Below, piece after piece: positions 34,537 to 44,094 of a stretch of 64,000 bases of DNA. The stretch's first letter is position 1. Every line of letters starts with the position of its first letter. The DNA comes from an uncultured Candidatus Poseidoniales archaeon (GTDB taxonomy: Archaea > Thermoplasmatota > Poseidoniia > Poseidoniales > Poseidoniaceae), in contig CAYPPO010000001.1 of assembly GCA_964412625.1 (NCBI GenBank), positions 2,323-66,322 on the forward strand, given 5' to 3'. The notes below the pieces were generated by a model. That model was not told the DNA's origin and did not search any database. It saw only the letters and a list, made by a program, of their open reading frames with translations. Both the position numbers and the translations under genes were made by a program.

Positions 34537-37146
34537 CTACCTGCATGATGTTCGTAAAATATCTACAACATGTTCAACCGAAGGAATCGTATGATTCTCA
34601 AGTGGTGGCGAGAAAGGCACTGGAGTGTCAAGTGCTCCAATAACGCAGGGGGCAGATTCTAGGGCGTAAAAGCAAGATTCCAGAATGCGACTCTGAACCG
34701 TATGACCTAAACCACCACTCCACTGACCTTCTTGCAAGATCACTAAGCGACCCGTTCTCATTACTGAATCAACACAGGTTTGTGCATCGAATGGAATAAT
34801 TGTTCTCAAATCAACAATTTCGACTTCAATACCTTCATTAGCCAATATTTCGGCAGATTGCTTGGCAATATGTAGCATTGCACCCCACGTCACAAGAGAC
34901 ACATCTCTACCACCTCTAACAACTTCAGCTTTTCCAATTTTGTAAGATTGATTTTGGGCTATGGCTTCATTGACACTTTTGGTGTCAACCTTTTGATTGA
35001 TATTCTGACCCCAGCCGGTTAGACCCCCTCTCAATCCATACAATCCAATATGCTCTAACAAAATCACTGGGTCTTTGATTTCTGCCGCTTCCACAAGTAA
35101 ATCATAAGCATCTTGTGGCGTACCTGGTGCAAGTACGATAATACCTGGATCATTAGCGAACCATGATTCTATCATATTAGCATGGAATGGACCAGACCTA
35201 GTTTTGGCTCCTAGAGGAATTCTAATTGTCATTGGACAGTCCGCACCCCATCGCCACCTAAGCATAGCCGCATTGTTGACTAAAGCATTAAATCCGAGTG
35301 CAGCAAACCCACCAAACTGGATTTCAACCATTGGGCGCATTCCGGATAGTGCCGCACCTGTGCCGGTGTGAACAATTATTGCCTCACACAACGGCATATC
35401 AACCAACTTATCGCTATGTCCGGCGTTTTTCAACGCGATATTCATGCCAAAAGCACCAGCAACCTCCATGTCCTCTCCGATGAAAACACAATCATCGCCA
35501 TAACGATTTGCAATATCTACCATTGCTTGTTGAATCGCCCTTGCGTAAGTCCAGCCACCCTTGGTGGAGTATTCTAGGTTAGTTTCTCCTACTGCTAAAC
35601 GAGGTGAAGGGATGTTTGTGGAACCGTTTTGTAGTCTTGTGAGATGATTCTCATGGGTATCGGCATCATTGATACTAGTTACCCCCTTAGTAACAGTTTC
35701 TGGTTTTGGCCAGTCCATTTCAAGCAGTTTCTCTCGCTCATCAACAATCAAAGATTTCTCTTCTTGTTCAATTAATTCAATTGACTCCGGAGGAATTCCT
35801 AAATCCAACAGCAATTGTTTATGAGTTACAACTGGATCTTTTGCCGCCCAATAATCCAATAGATCTCGATCGACGTAACCGGGAGGTGTCCCTGATTCAC
35901 TTCCCAGATATAGGTCATCATGATGATGTGCATGTCCGCAACCACGCATAGTTTCGACATGAATTAAGGTGGGCCCACCGCCCTCCAGCGCAAATTCTCT
36001 TGCGCATGCTACACTAGCGTACCAAGATGCAGGATCTGACCCGTCGATGGTCCAGCTCGGGAAACCCATCGCTTTTGCTTTATCCGCCCACAGTTCAACT
36101 CCTGATTGATTGATAGTAGCAGTGTCGAGGGCAATTTGATTATTTTGTAAGATATAGGTGATAGGCAGTCCGCGAGTCCCAGCGAGATTTAGCGCCTCCC
36201 AAAATTCACCTGACGATGAAGCACCTTCTCCGATACACGCAACATGGAATCGGTCGATTTTCTTCTGCCACGCAGCAAAGGCCAAACCTGTCATGGTTGC
36301 GCTGGCAATGGGTAAAGGAGCAGTCGGCGGTAAAACCCCCACATGCCATGCTCCGATGTGCAGATCTCGTCCCCCTGAATCAGCCCATCCACCGTTTTGA
36401 TTTGAGCCAACTTTGCCCAAATTTGCTGCCATCACTGCCAATGGAGTATCCCCCATTGCTAGGGATAATCCCACATCCCTAATCATCGGAGCAACCAAAT
36501 CCCCATCATAGCCGTGTCCTGGTCTTGAATCTAAGCCAGCATCTTCATTTCTCTTGAGTGCGGTTGCAACTGCCACCACAGCCTCCTGCCATGTTGAACG
36601 GAAACCTTTACCACCAAATTTACTTCCGTCAGGGGTAGTGATACCATCGGTGAAAATTTCTTTTAATGCCTCATCCATATACCTCGTTCGAGACATGTTG
36701 CGCTGCCATTCTAATCTCTGTTCAAAGGTCACAGACATGTAGTGAGCAAGTCTTCTAAGCATCAATTTCATATCGATTAGAAAATGTGTATTCCTTCTTT
36801 CGATAAAGGTCTCCAAGGTTCGCCTTGGAATTACTTCAGTATCCTTCTCATCGGCCATTTTAGCTTCGATTTGGGCAATCAAAGCAGTTTCTAATGAAGC
36901 AATAAAGCGCTGACAGAATTTATCCCAAGACGGGCCTTCAAATTGTTTGATTTCTGTCCCGATTACGTGATCCCAAAGATCGGAAACCAATGGTATTCTA
37001 CTATCATGTTGCTGAGCAACAAACAGCAAAATTTCTCGCTTCGCTGCATCGGCGAGTAAAGGTTGAGTGAAATTTAATTTTGTTTTTGGCGACCAATCTG
37101 AGCCAAAAATATCCGGTAGGTCAGCCTGCGCCATGTGGTGAGCCAC
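34537..37146 (-). CDS. Fused E1 alpha+beta thiamine-diphosphate-dependent 2-oxoacid (or acetoin) dehydrogenase component with a ~150-aa N-terminal extension
   Basis: TPP motif ACIGEGASSSGEFWEALNLAGTRGLPITYILQNN (alpha). WTYARAIQQAMVDIANRYGDDCVFIGEDMEVAGAFG.. plus transketolase-C-like end (beta). Single 869-aa ORF. Confidence 0.8.
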   Translation of the reverse strand: MAHHMAQADLPDIFGSDWSPKTKLNFTQPLLADAAKREILLFVAQQHDSRIPLVSDLWDHVIGTEIKQFEGPSWDKFCQRFIASLETALIAQIEAKMADEKDTEVIPRRTLETFIERRNTHFLIDMKLMLRRLAHYMSVTFEQRLEWQRNMSRTRYMDEALKEIFTDGITTPDGSKFGGKGFRSTWQEAVVAVATALKRNEDAGLDSRPGHGYDGDLVAPMIRDVGLSLAMGDTPLAVMAANLGKVGSNQNGGWADSGGRDLHIGAWHVGVLPPTAPLPIASATMTGLAFAAWQKKIDRFHVACIGEGASSSGEFWEALNLAGTRGLPITYILQNNQIALDTATINQSGVELWADKAKAMGFPSWTIDGSDPASWYASVACAREFALEGGGPTLIHVETMRGCGHAHHHDDLYLGSESGTPPGYVDRDLLDYWAAKDPVVTHKQLLLDLGIPPESIELIEQEEKSLIVDEREKLLEMDWPKPETVTKGVTSINDADTHENHLTRLQNGSTNIPSPRLAVGETNLEYSTKGGWTYARAIQQAMVDIANRYGDDCVFIGEDMEVAGAFGMNIALKNAGHSDKLVDMPLCEAIIVHTGTGAALSGMRPMVEIQFGGFAALGFNALVNNAAMLRWRWGADCPMTIRIPLGAKTRSGPFHANMIESWFANDPGIIVLAPGTPQDAYDLLVEAAEIKDPVILLEHIGLYGLRGGLTGWGQNINQKVDTKSVNEAIAQNQSYKIGKAEVVRGGRDVSLVTWGAMLHIAKQSAEILANEGIEVEIVDLRTIIPFDAQTCVDSVMRTGRLVILQEGQWSGGLGHTVQSRILESCFYALESAPCVIGALDTPVPFSPPLENHTIPSVEHVVDILRTSCR

Positions 37147-37178
37147 AGGAAACTCACATACAAATTGAACGATGAGTA

Positions 37179-37910
37179 TTAAACAGACTCAACCCTGTTA
37201 TTCACTGCGTTCTTAGTTATTCTAGCAATCAGCACTGTGACTATTATTGATGCTATAACACCAATAATTAGCAGAACTGTACCCACTGGAGATTTTGCGA
37301 AGCCATCCATTCCGTCACCACTGAATACCAATTTACCCGCAGCGAGCCCAAAATATGCATAGGCAAGAGAGTATACAATACTAGACAGATTGGATAAACA
37401 AAATACCCGAATAGTGACCGGACTACTAGACATTAGATAATTCAATAACTCGTCTGGTAAAATTGGAGAAAGTCTAACTAACACAGAAATTTGTAAAGCT
37501 TCCTCATTGATTGCAGATTCTAGTTTTATCAATCTTTCATCACCTGCAACTATTTGCGAAATGTAATCTCTAAACAACCATCTACCGAGTAAAAATGCAA
37601 TTAACCCACCTAATAGCGACGCAATGAAATTAACAACTACGGCTAACCAATATGGGAATAATGCACCAGCTCCAACCTTCAAAATTGGAGTCGGTAGAAT
37701 TAACACAATTGCTATAGTGATTGCTAGACAATACATCACAGATGATAACTGCCCAAGTCCATCGAACCATTCCATAAAACCGCCAACATCTTGGAAAAAG
37801 ACAAGGCCAACAATCAGCCATAATGCAACAACACCAAGGGAAAAATACAGTCTCGAACGGCTGACTTTTTGCTCCTTAGCTTGGAGATTTGATTCGGAGA
37901 CCAAAATCAC
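37179..37910 (-). CDS. DedA / TVP38-TMEM64 family membrane protein
   Basis: ILPTPILKVGAGALFPYWLAVVVNFIASLLGGLIAFLLGRWLFRD matches the SNARE_assoc core. 4-nt overlap with the upstream receiver gene. Confidence 0.7.
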   Translation of the reverse strand: MILVSESNLQAKEQKVSRSRLYFSLGVVALWLIVGLVFFQDVGGFMEWFDGLGQLSSVMYCLAITIAIVLILPTPILKVGAGALFPYWLAVVVNFIASLLGGLIAFLLGRWLFRDYISQIVAGDERLIKLESAINEEALQISVLVRLSPILPDELLNYLMSSSPVTIRVFCLSNLSSIVYSLAYAYFGLAAGKLVFSGDGMDGFAKSPVGTVLLIIGVIASIIVTVLIARITKNAVNNRVESV

Positions 37911-39004
37911 TCCTCCTCTTCGGAAACACCATCGATTATGTTTACTGTTGGAAATGAATTTAGCACATCGCCAACCATCTCGGTTATATCTTCAATTTGG
38001 GTAATTAATGTGATATCTTCAACGGTCCCAGGCCGACCCAAACTCCACATTAATTCATAGACTAATTCGTTGGTCAATCTAGTTAACTTCAATACTTCTG
38101 GGTCTACTCCAAACAAATCATCTTCTGGTGTTAAAGCGACCAAGTCGGGTTTTTCATCCAGGACTTCATCCATCACAGATTCTATTTCTTCTTGAATGGA
38201 GGATGCCTGCTGTTCCAGAATGTCTTCCATAGTGGTCATGCCGCCCTTCAATTTTTGCGATACAGCCTTGCCGGAGCCCAGTTTTTCACCTTTGCCAGTT
38301 TGATTATATGAAGTAATATTGGAGTCTTCATCGCCACCTTGAGTGACATTTTGATTATCGGGATATGCTTCTGGATCAACATCTTGCACTAAATTGTTTA
38401 ACGCAATTCTGAGCATTGCTGCCATAGTTGAAGGATCAAACATGTCCTTGACTTCCATCCCTTCTTCATCCATTTGGACAAGAATTTCATCAATGAAGCC
38501 CGGATTAATTTTTTCTGGTCCAATCAAGCCTTTCAACATCGGTAATGCCCATGTTGAATCACCCATGAGCATGGACACATCGAAGCTACCGCCACCGGAG
38601 TTTGGTCCTTCAACATCTGCTGGTGGAGGGACAAACTGCTTCCTTGCATGTTTGTTTAATTGTTCAATTAAAACCTTCATGTCGATTGGTTTGCCAATTA
38701 CCTCTGAAATTCCTGCCTTTGCTGCCGAAACAAGATATTCTTGGCTAGTATTTCTTGACAGAACCACAATGCGACACTTGAAAGCAAATTCTGGATCACC
38801 CATCAATCTTTGCGCAGCATCAATAGCATCACCATTCTTCCATTCACCCTCCAAGAGAACTATTTCCGGCATTGTAACCAATGCAGTGCCCTCTGCTTGT
38901 CTGAGAGTACCTGCCCTTGTGATGTCGAAGCCTTCTCGCTCTAGGGTATTGGCTAGTAGGGTTCTCCGGCCTTCGTTTTCATCTGCAACGATAACCTTAG
39001 CCAA
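37907..39004 (-). CDS. CheY-like receiver-domain protein (acceptor position is Glu) with a long acidic C-terminal region
   Basis: VIVADENEG.., EIVLLEGEWKNGD, IVVLSRN, VIGKPID align to REC positions D12/D13, D57, T87, K109. TTG start 39004 is preceded by GGTGAT and a G7 run. Confidence 0.65.
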   Translation of the reverse strand: MAKVIVADENEGRRTLLANTLEREGFDITRAGTLRQAEGTALVTMPEIVLLEGEWKNGDAIDAAQRLMGDPEFAFKCRIVVLSRNTSQEYLVSAAKAGISEVIGKPIDMKVLIEQLNKHARKQFVPPPADVEGPNSGGGSFDVSMLMGDSTWALPMLKGLIGPEKINPGFIDEILVQMDEEGMEVKDMFDPSTMAAMLRIALNNLVQDVDPEAYPDNQNVTQGGDEDSNITSYNQTGKGEKLGSGKAVSQKLKGGMTTMEDILEQQASSIQEEIESVMDEVLDEKPDLVALTPEDDLFGVDPEVLKLTRLTNELVYELMWSLGRPGTVEDITLITQIEDITEMVGDVLNSFPTVNIIDGVSEEEE

Positions 39005-39152
39005 AAAATCCCCCCCTTAAATCACCAAAACAAAGTCCAACATTTGAACCTCATCCTGTAATTTAGAGAAACTTGGCTAAATTTGTAAGGTATTTTCATG
39101 ACCAGATAAGTGATTCTGGGATGATAATACAGCTACTTGCCGAAAATTCCAA

Positions 39153-40310
39153 TCACGCAATATCTGATGGAATTTGCTTACTCCACGCTATTATCCCGCC
39201 ATCAAGATTGTATAATTTCTGACTGTCATATCCAAACTGCGTTAGATACATCGCAGCAATTTGAGACCGCATTCCACTCCTACACAACAGTATTACATCA
39301 CGATCCTTAGGTATATCGTCTACTTTTGTTAAAATATCCTCGTGCGGTACCTGTAAGTCAGTAAGTGTGACGCGCTTTTGTTGATATTCTGCATCAGACC
39401 TTACATCTATTAAGAATGGCTTCCAACCATGCGCCTTCTTCTCTTGATACTTGGCAACTGATAGGCGATTGAACATATCATTTCCAGAACTTGCCGGTTC
39501 ATCAATTTCACCATCAGTCATTGGTGCTTTTTCACACCAGCCATTATCCTCAAACATCTTCCTTACTTGAGCCAAATTTGGTTTAGATTCATCATTCATT
39601 GAATATGTTAACGACTTGAAGGTCATCAATTCGGCATCATATATCAACAATTTACCAGAAAGTGATTGCCCTTTACTGAGTATAATTTTGATTGCTTCAG
39701 TCGCTTGAATAGAGCCAATTACTCCGGGTAGAACTCCGAACACACCACCTTCCTCGCATGATGGAATTGAGTTACTGGGCGGCGGTTCTGGAAATAGGTC
39801 ACGATAGCATGGGCCACCTTGATAATTGAACAAACTAACTTGACCTTCAAATCTATAGATAGACCCATACACCCATGGAATTCCGCTTAATTTACAAATA
39901 TCATCGATAAGATACCTAGTTGGAATATTATCGGTTCCATCAATTACTATATCCCAGCCAGTGAGAATTTCTTGGGCATTATCTGGGGATAATCTTGTGT
40001 CCCATGTTGTCACTTTTATTGTTGAGTTAATTGATAAAATTTGGGCTTTTGCTGAAGCGACTTTTGAATAACCAACATTTGACTCACCGTGAATAATTTG
40101 TCTTTGTAAATTTGACGAGTCGACTAAATCATCGTCGATAACTCCAATCTCACCGATGCCTGCTGCTGCAAGATAAAGTAACACTGGACTACCTAGTCCT
40201 CCCGCACCAACTACCAAGATTCTTGATTTGCTAATCGACCGTTGGCCTTCAATTCCGACACCTGGAAGCGAGATATGCCTTGCGTATCTGCTTGTGTCGA
40301 CCATGAGCAT
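39153..40310 (-). CDS. MoeB/ThiF/UbaA-type E1-like adenylyltransferase fused to a C-terminal rhodanese domain
   Basis: RYARHISLPGVGIEGQ..ILVVGAGGLGSPVLLYLAAAGIGEIGVIDDDLVDSSNLQRQ. Rhodanese loop ILLCRSGMRSQ. ATG 40310 avoids overlap with trxB. Confidence 0.85.
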   Translation of the reverse strand: MLMVDTSRYARHISLPGVGIEGQRSISKSRILVVGAGGLGSPVLLYLAAAGIGEIGVIDDDLVDSSNLQRQIIHGESNVGYSKVASAKAQILSINSTIKVTTWDTRLSPDNAQEILTGWDIVIDGTDNIPTRYLIDDICKLSGIPWVYGSIYRFEGQVSLFNYQGGPCYRDLFPEPPPSNSIPSCEEGGVFGVLPGVIGSIQATEAIKIILSKGQSLSGKLLIYDAELMTFKSLTYSMNDESKPNLAQVRKMFEDNGWCEKAPMTDGEIDEPASSGNDMFNRLSVAKYQEKKAHGWKPFLIDVRSDAEYQQKRVTLTDLQVPHEDILTKVDDIPKDRDVILLCRSGMRSQIAAMYLTQFGYDSQKLYNLDGGIIAWSKQIPSDIA

Positions 40311-40344
40311 GCGAGAGTATGCTAATTGATGAATTAACAGGTTG

Positions 40345-41277
40345 TCAATGAAGGTTTTCTTCCAACCATTTCTCGGCATCCATTGCTGCCTGACAGCCCA
40401 TTCCTGCTGCGGTAATGGCTTGTTTGTATCTTGTGTCAACCACATCTCCGGCAGCGAATACACCTTCAACAGAAGTCATGGTATGTTGCTTGTGGATAAT
40501 GTAGCCATTCTCATCCGTTTCAACCTGGCCCTCGAGGAATCCAGTGATTGGTTTATGACCTATGGCAATAAATGCTCCAGTCGCTGAAATTTCTTCTATT
40601 GAACCATCTCTTGGATCTTCTAGGATTGCCCCAGTCAATCCCTTATCATCGGAAAGCCATTCCTTAATTTGCCTGAATGTTCTAATTTCTATCTTGTCAT
40701 TATTTGCCGCCCGTTCATACATAATCGTACTCGCTTTGAAAACATCTCTTCGATGAATTAATGTCACTTTGGAAGCGAACCTAGTCAGAAATGTTGCCTC
40801 CTCACAGGCTGAATCACCACCACCTATAACTAACACTTCCTCGTCTCTAAAAAAAGCCCCATCGCAAGTTGCGCAAGTAGAAATGCCACGACCTTTTTGT
40901 TCGAGTTCTCCCGGTGCATTCAGCCAAATTGATTCTGCACCTGTTGATATAATGATGGCGTTTGCCATGAATTCTTCACCTTCGACTATCACCTTGTACG
41001 GACGTTGCGATAGGTCTACTGACTCAACATTTCTGTCTTGAACTTCCAAACCGAATCTCTCTGCTTGCTCACGTAATTGCATCATCATCTCCGGCCCACC
41101 GATGCCTTGAGGATAACCTGGGAAATTCTCGATGTCCGAAGTTAGCATCAGTTGACCGCCAGACATGTAACCTGCAAACATTAGTGGATTCAACATTGCT
41201 CTTGCAGTGTACAATCCTGCCGTATATCCAGCAGGACCTGAACCAATTATTACCACATCCCTGACATCACTCATCAT
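40345..41277 (-). CDS. trxB: Thioredoxin-disulfide reductase
   Basis: VVIIGSGPAGYTAGLYTARA, redox-active CATCDG, VIGGGDSACEEA, FAAGDVVD. Confidence 0.9.
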   Translation of the reverse strand: MMSDVRDVVIIGSGPAGYTAGLYTARAMLNPLMFAGYMSGGQLMLTSDIENFPGYPQGIGGPEMMMQLREQAERFGLEVQDRNVESVDLSQRPYKVIVEGEEFMANAIIISTGAESIWLNAPGELEQKGRGISTCATCDGAFFRDEEVLVIGGGDSACEEATFLTRFASKVTLIHRRDVFKASTIMYERAANNDKIEIRTFRQIKEWLSDDKGLTGAILEDPRDGSIEEISATGAFIAIGHKPITGFLEGQVETDENGYIIHKQHTMTSVEGVFAAGDVVDTRYKQAITAAGMGCQAAMDAEKWLEENLH

Positions 41278-41333
41278 ATCGCCTGCAAGTCAAATAGAGG
41301 ACACGCACCTATTGAATCTTTACATTATGTTAC

Positions 41334-43046
41334 TCAGTAATTGGCGAGTAAATCTGTTAAACAATCTATAATTCTCTGATTCTCAGTTTTGCTCTTGACC
41401 GCAAATCTAACGTACCTAGAATCCAAAGTAACACCCATATTTTCTGCATCTCTGATAAATACATCACGTTGACGACATAAACCGATAAACTGGTTTGATG
41501 AGTGAGCCACAGAATCTGGTAATTTTGTCAGGATATAATTCGCAACACTAGGATATGTCGTGAATCCAAGTTCAATCAATTGTTTATTGAGACTAATTCT
41601 GTTCTTATGCACAATTGAATATTGCTCTGCATAATATTCCTGATTGGAAAGTGCCGCAATGGCACCTATTTGGGCAGGTAGACTCACGGCCCAAGGCGGA
41701 ATAAATTTCCGCATTGAGGGAGCTTTTGCAGTAACTGCATATGCGACTCTGAGACCGGACAACGCGTAACACTTGCTCATGCTTTTGCAAACAATTAATT
41801 CCTCATGGCGCGCAGTGAGCGGTTCAAGCGAGACTGCATCCTCAACATACTCAATATATGTTTCATCAACCCAAATCATCTCGCAACTTGATTCATTCTC
41901 CGTATTTGTCAAAATAAGTGAAATAATTTCACCCATGTCGGGACTGTAAACACCTGTTGGACTATTGGGATTGACAATAATAACCGCATCATGCTGTCTT
42001 GCAACCTCAACAAAACTCGCAGAATCAATGGCGAAACCTTCTGCAGGATATAGCGGGAAGTGAGTTACATGACAACCTATCAAATGGGTCAATATGTGTA
42101 GATACTCACCGTACATTGGAGACAAAATGCACACCTTTGAGTCTTTATTCAACAGGTTTGGCATTAAAGAAAACATAAGAGAAGAGGAACCAGACGAAAC
42201 TAAGATACTGTCCTCATCTATGCCACGAACCTGCGATATTTTTTCTATCAATGGCTCGCATTGTGTTGGTGGAGATTCATGGCAACTGCTGATTAAATTA
42301 TCAGATATTGCCTGCATCACTTCTACGCACGGTGGAAATGGACTATCGAGAACATCGGCAACAACTAATTCCCGGCGACGCTTGAAATCAAAACCACTCT
42401 CGTCCCATGATGCACCACCGTGATAGCACGCATCGTCATTGCTGATCAAATTCTCAAGTTCTAGATCAACAAATTCCGTTCCAGCATGCGAAATTAATTC
42501 ATCTACTTCAGAAATCATCGGATAAAACATAACATCACCTGCTGGCACATTATATTCATCAAAAACATGCATGCCAATTGCCCGATAGAGGGGCAAAACC
42601 TCTGTGTGCCCCATAGCGATAATGTTGTTTGCGCCATTTTGGTTGGAGAATTTTAACGCCCCCATCATTAGTAATTTTGCAAACCCTTGATTCCTGAATT
42701 GATTTTTAATCGTCAACCCTCTTACTTCGTGAATCACCGCTGTAGTGTTTACTTTTTCTGTTATCTTATCCATGACATGTTTACCAAAATAGTTCTCCAT
42801 TCGGTATTTTCTATCCGAGGGTGAATTAATGCTAACGTAGCCAATCAAGTTGTTTTTGTCGCTTAATGTAAGAAAATGTTCACCCGGGTCCTCTAACATT
42901 TTCTCATCATTTTTCGAGTATTGCTGCAGTTCCTCAGCAAATACTTCATAGCGTAATTTGGTAACTTGGTGCCATAAAGAATTCAACTGTTGCGAACTAG
43001 CCAAGTCTTGCTTGCTTGGTCTGGAGAAATAAGACAACTTGTTCAT
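41334..43046 (-). CDS. Fusion: N-terminal GNAT-fold acyltransferase (N-acyl amino acid synthase-like) plus C-terminal class I/II PLP aminotransferase/decarboxylase (HisC/CobD-like)
   Basis: N-terminal: LRYEVFAEELQQYSKNDEKMLEDPGEHFL and FRNQGFAKLLM. C-terminal: IIVNPNSPTG (NPxNPTG block) and KSMSKCYALSGLRVAY (SxSK PLP-Lys). Confidence 0.7.
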   Translation of the reverse strand: MNKLSYFSRPSKQDLASSQQLNSLWHQVTKLRYEVFAEELQQYSKNDEKMLEDPGEHFLTLSDKNNLIGYVSINSPSDRKYRMENYFGKHVMDKITEKVNTTAVIHEVRGLTIKNQFRNQGFAKLLMMGALKFSNQNGANNIIAMGHTEVLPLYRAIGMHVFDEYNVPAGDVMFYPMISEVDELISHAGTEFVDLELENLISNDDACYHGGASWDESGFDFKRRRELVVADVLDSPFPPCVEVMQAISDNLISSCHESPPTQCEPLIEKISQVRGIDEDSILVSSGSSSLMFSLMPNLLNKDSKVCILSPMYGEYLHILTHLIGCHVTHFPLYPAEGFAIDSASFVEVARQHDAVIIVNPNSPTGVYSPDMGEIISLILTNTENESSCEMIWVDETYIEYVEDAVSLEPLTARHEELIVCKSMSKCYALSGLRVAYAVTAKAPSMRKFIPPWAVSLPAQIGAIAALSNQEYYAEQYSIVHKNRISLNKQLIELGFTTYPSVANYILTKLPDSVAHSSNQFIGLCRQRDVFIRDAENMGVTLDSRYVRFAVKSKTENQRIIDCLTDLLANY

Positions 43047-43083
43047 AGCAACGGGATTGGGTCCGACTAATTGAACAATATCC

Positions 43084-43476
43084 CTACACTTGGCTCATTA
43101 CGTGAATCGCATTTACTGCCGCTCTGGCATGAGGTTCTAGTCTAGGTTCGATGTGATGAGGTTCAGCGCCAGGCCCAATAATCCCCAAGCCTATCGGTTT
43201 GTTATGAAGTAGTTGTAAATCCAGGACCGATTTAATCACCGCATTACCCATTGCTGAGCCATGCATTGTCTCGCCTTTCTCAATTATACCAAGGCAGATT
43301 GCAGCATCATATTTTGATATTACACGCTGTAACGCTAGGGGGACTTCCATGGAACCTGGCACCCAAATAATCTCTGAAATTTCAATCGAATGTTGTTTAG
43401 CTTCATCTATAGCATATCTAAGCATTGCTTCAACTTCTATTTTGTGAAATGAACCACATACCGCTGCAATTTTCAT
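43084..43476 (-). CDS. ribH: 6,7-dimethyl-8-ribityllumazine synthase (short archaeal form)
   Basis: VPGSMEVPLALQRVISK..AAICLGIIEKGETMHGSAMGNAVIKSVLDLQLLHNKPIGLGIIGPG aligns with archaeal lumazine synthases. 4-nt overlap with ribE. Confidence 0.75.
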   Translation of the reverse strand: MKIAAVCGSFHKIEVEAMLRYAIDEAKQHSIEISEIIWVPGSMEVPLALQRVISKYDAAICLGIIEKGETMHGSAMGNAVIKSVLDLQLLHNKPIGLGIIGPGAEPHHIEPRLEPHARAAVNAIHVMSQV

Positions 43477-44084
43477 TTTTCAAACCCCTTTTTTTCCAGT
43501 AACCGTTCAATTGTTTCGACAATTAATTGTGTATTGCTGTCAATTTCAATATTTACAACATCGCCAACTTCCTTAGAATCAAGTATTGTCAAGCGCATTG
43601 TCTCCGGAATAATGTGCAAATCAAAACAACCATCCCTTATTGTCCCAACGGTAAGGGAAATTCCGTCTATGGCGATGTAGCCCTTTTCGGTGAGATACTT
43701 TTGAATTGAAGGTGGTGCAAGTATACTAATAGACATCTGGTCACCTTTTTTGACCTTGGAGTTGATAATCCCAACATCGAAAATATGTCCAGATAAAACA
43801 TGCCCACCGACTTCGTCACCGAATTTTAACGATCTTTCAATATTTACAAAATCGCCAACTGAAACGTCACCTAGGTTGGTCCTTGCCAAGGTTTCGTCAA
43901 TTACATCAAACTGCACATTATCTGAATCGATAGAGACTACTGTAAGACAGACACCATTTATCGAAACGCTGGCACCGATTGCCAGTCTCTCAACATCTGG
44001 TAGTTTGATAATTAGTGAAGTAACTGTGTTGACCGATGTTTTGGTGATTATTTCACCAACACCCTGTACTATTCCAGTAAACAT
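43473..44084 (-). CDS. ribE: Riboflavin synthase, bacterial/eukaryotic alpha-chain type (two lumazine-binding repeats)
   Basis: MFTGIVQGVGEI at ATG 44084, with the internal repeat GGHVLSGHI..; SINGVCLTV / AIDGISLTV. Gene symbol follows B. subtilis nomenclature. Confidence 0.85.
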   Translation of the reverse strand: MFTGIVQGVGEIITKTSVNTVTSLIIKLPDVERLAIGASVSINGVCLTVVSIDSDNVQFDVIDETLARTNLGDVSVGDFVNIERSLKFGDEVGGHVLSGHIFDVGIINSKVKKGDQMSISILAPPSIQKYLTEKGYIAIDGISLTVGTIRDGCFDLHIIPETMRLTILDSKEVGDVVNIEIDSNTQLIVETIERLLEKKGFEK

Positions 44085-44094
44085 TTTTATCACG

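Noticed and set aside
38394-39020. 208-aa plus-strand ORF
   Set aside because: It is antisense to the receiver-domain gene, whose REC motifs are recognisable. The plus-frame product is Ser/Pro/Ile-rich with no motif.
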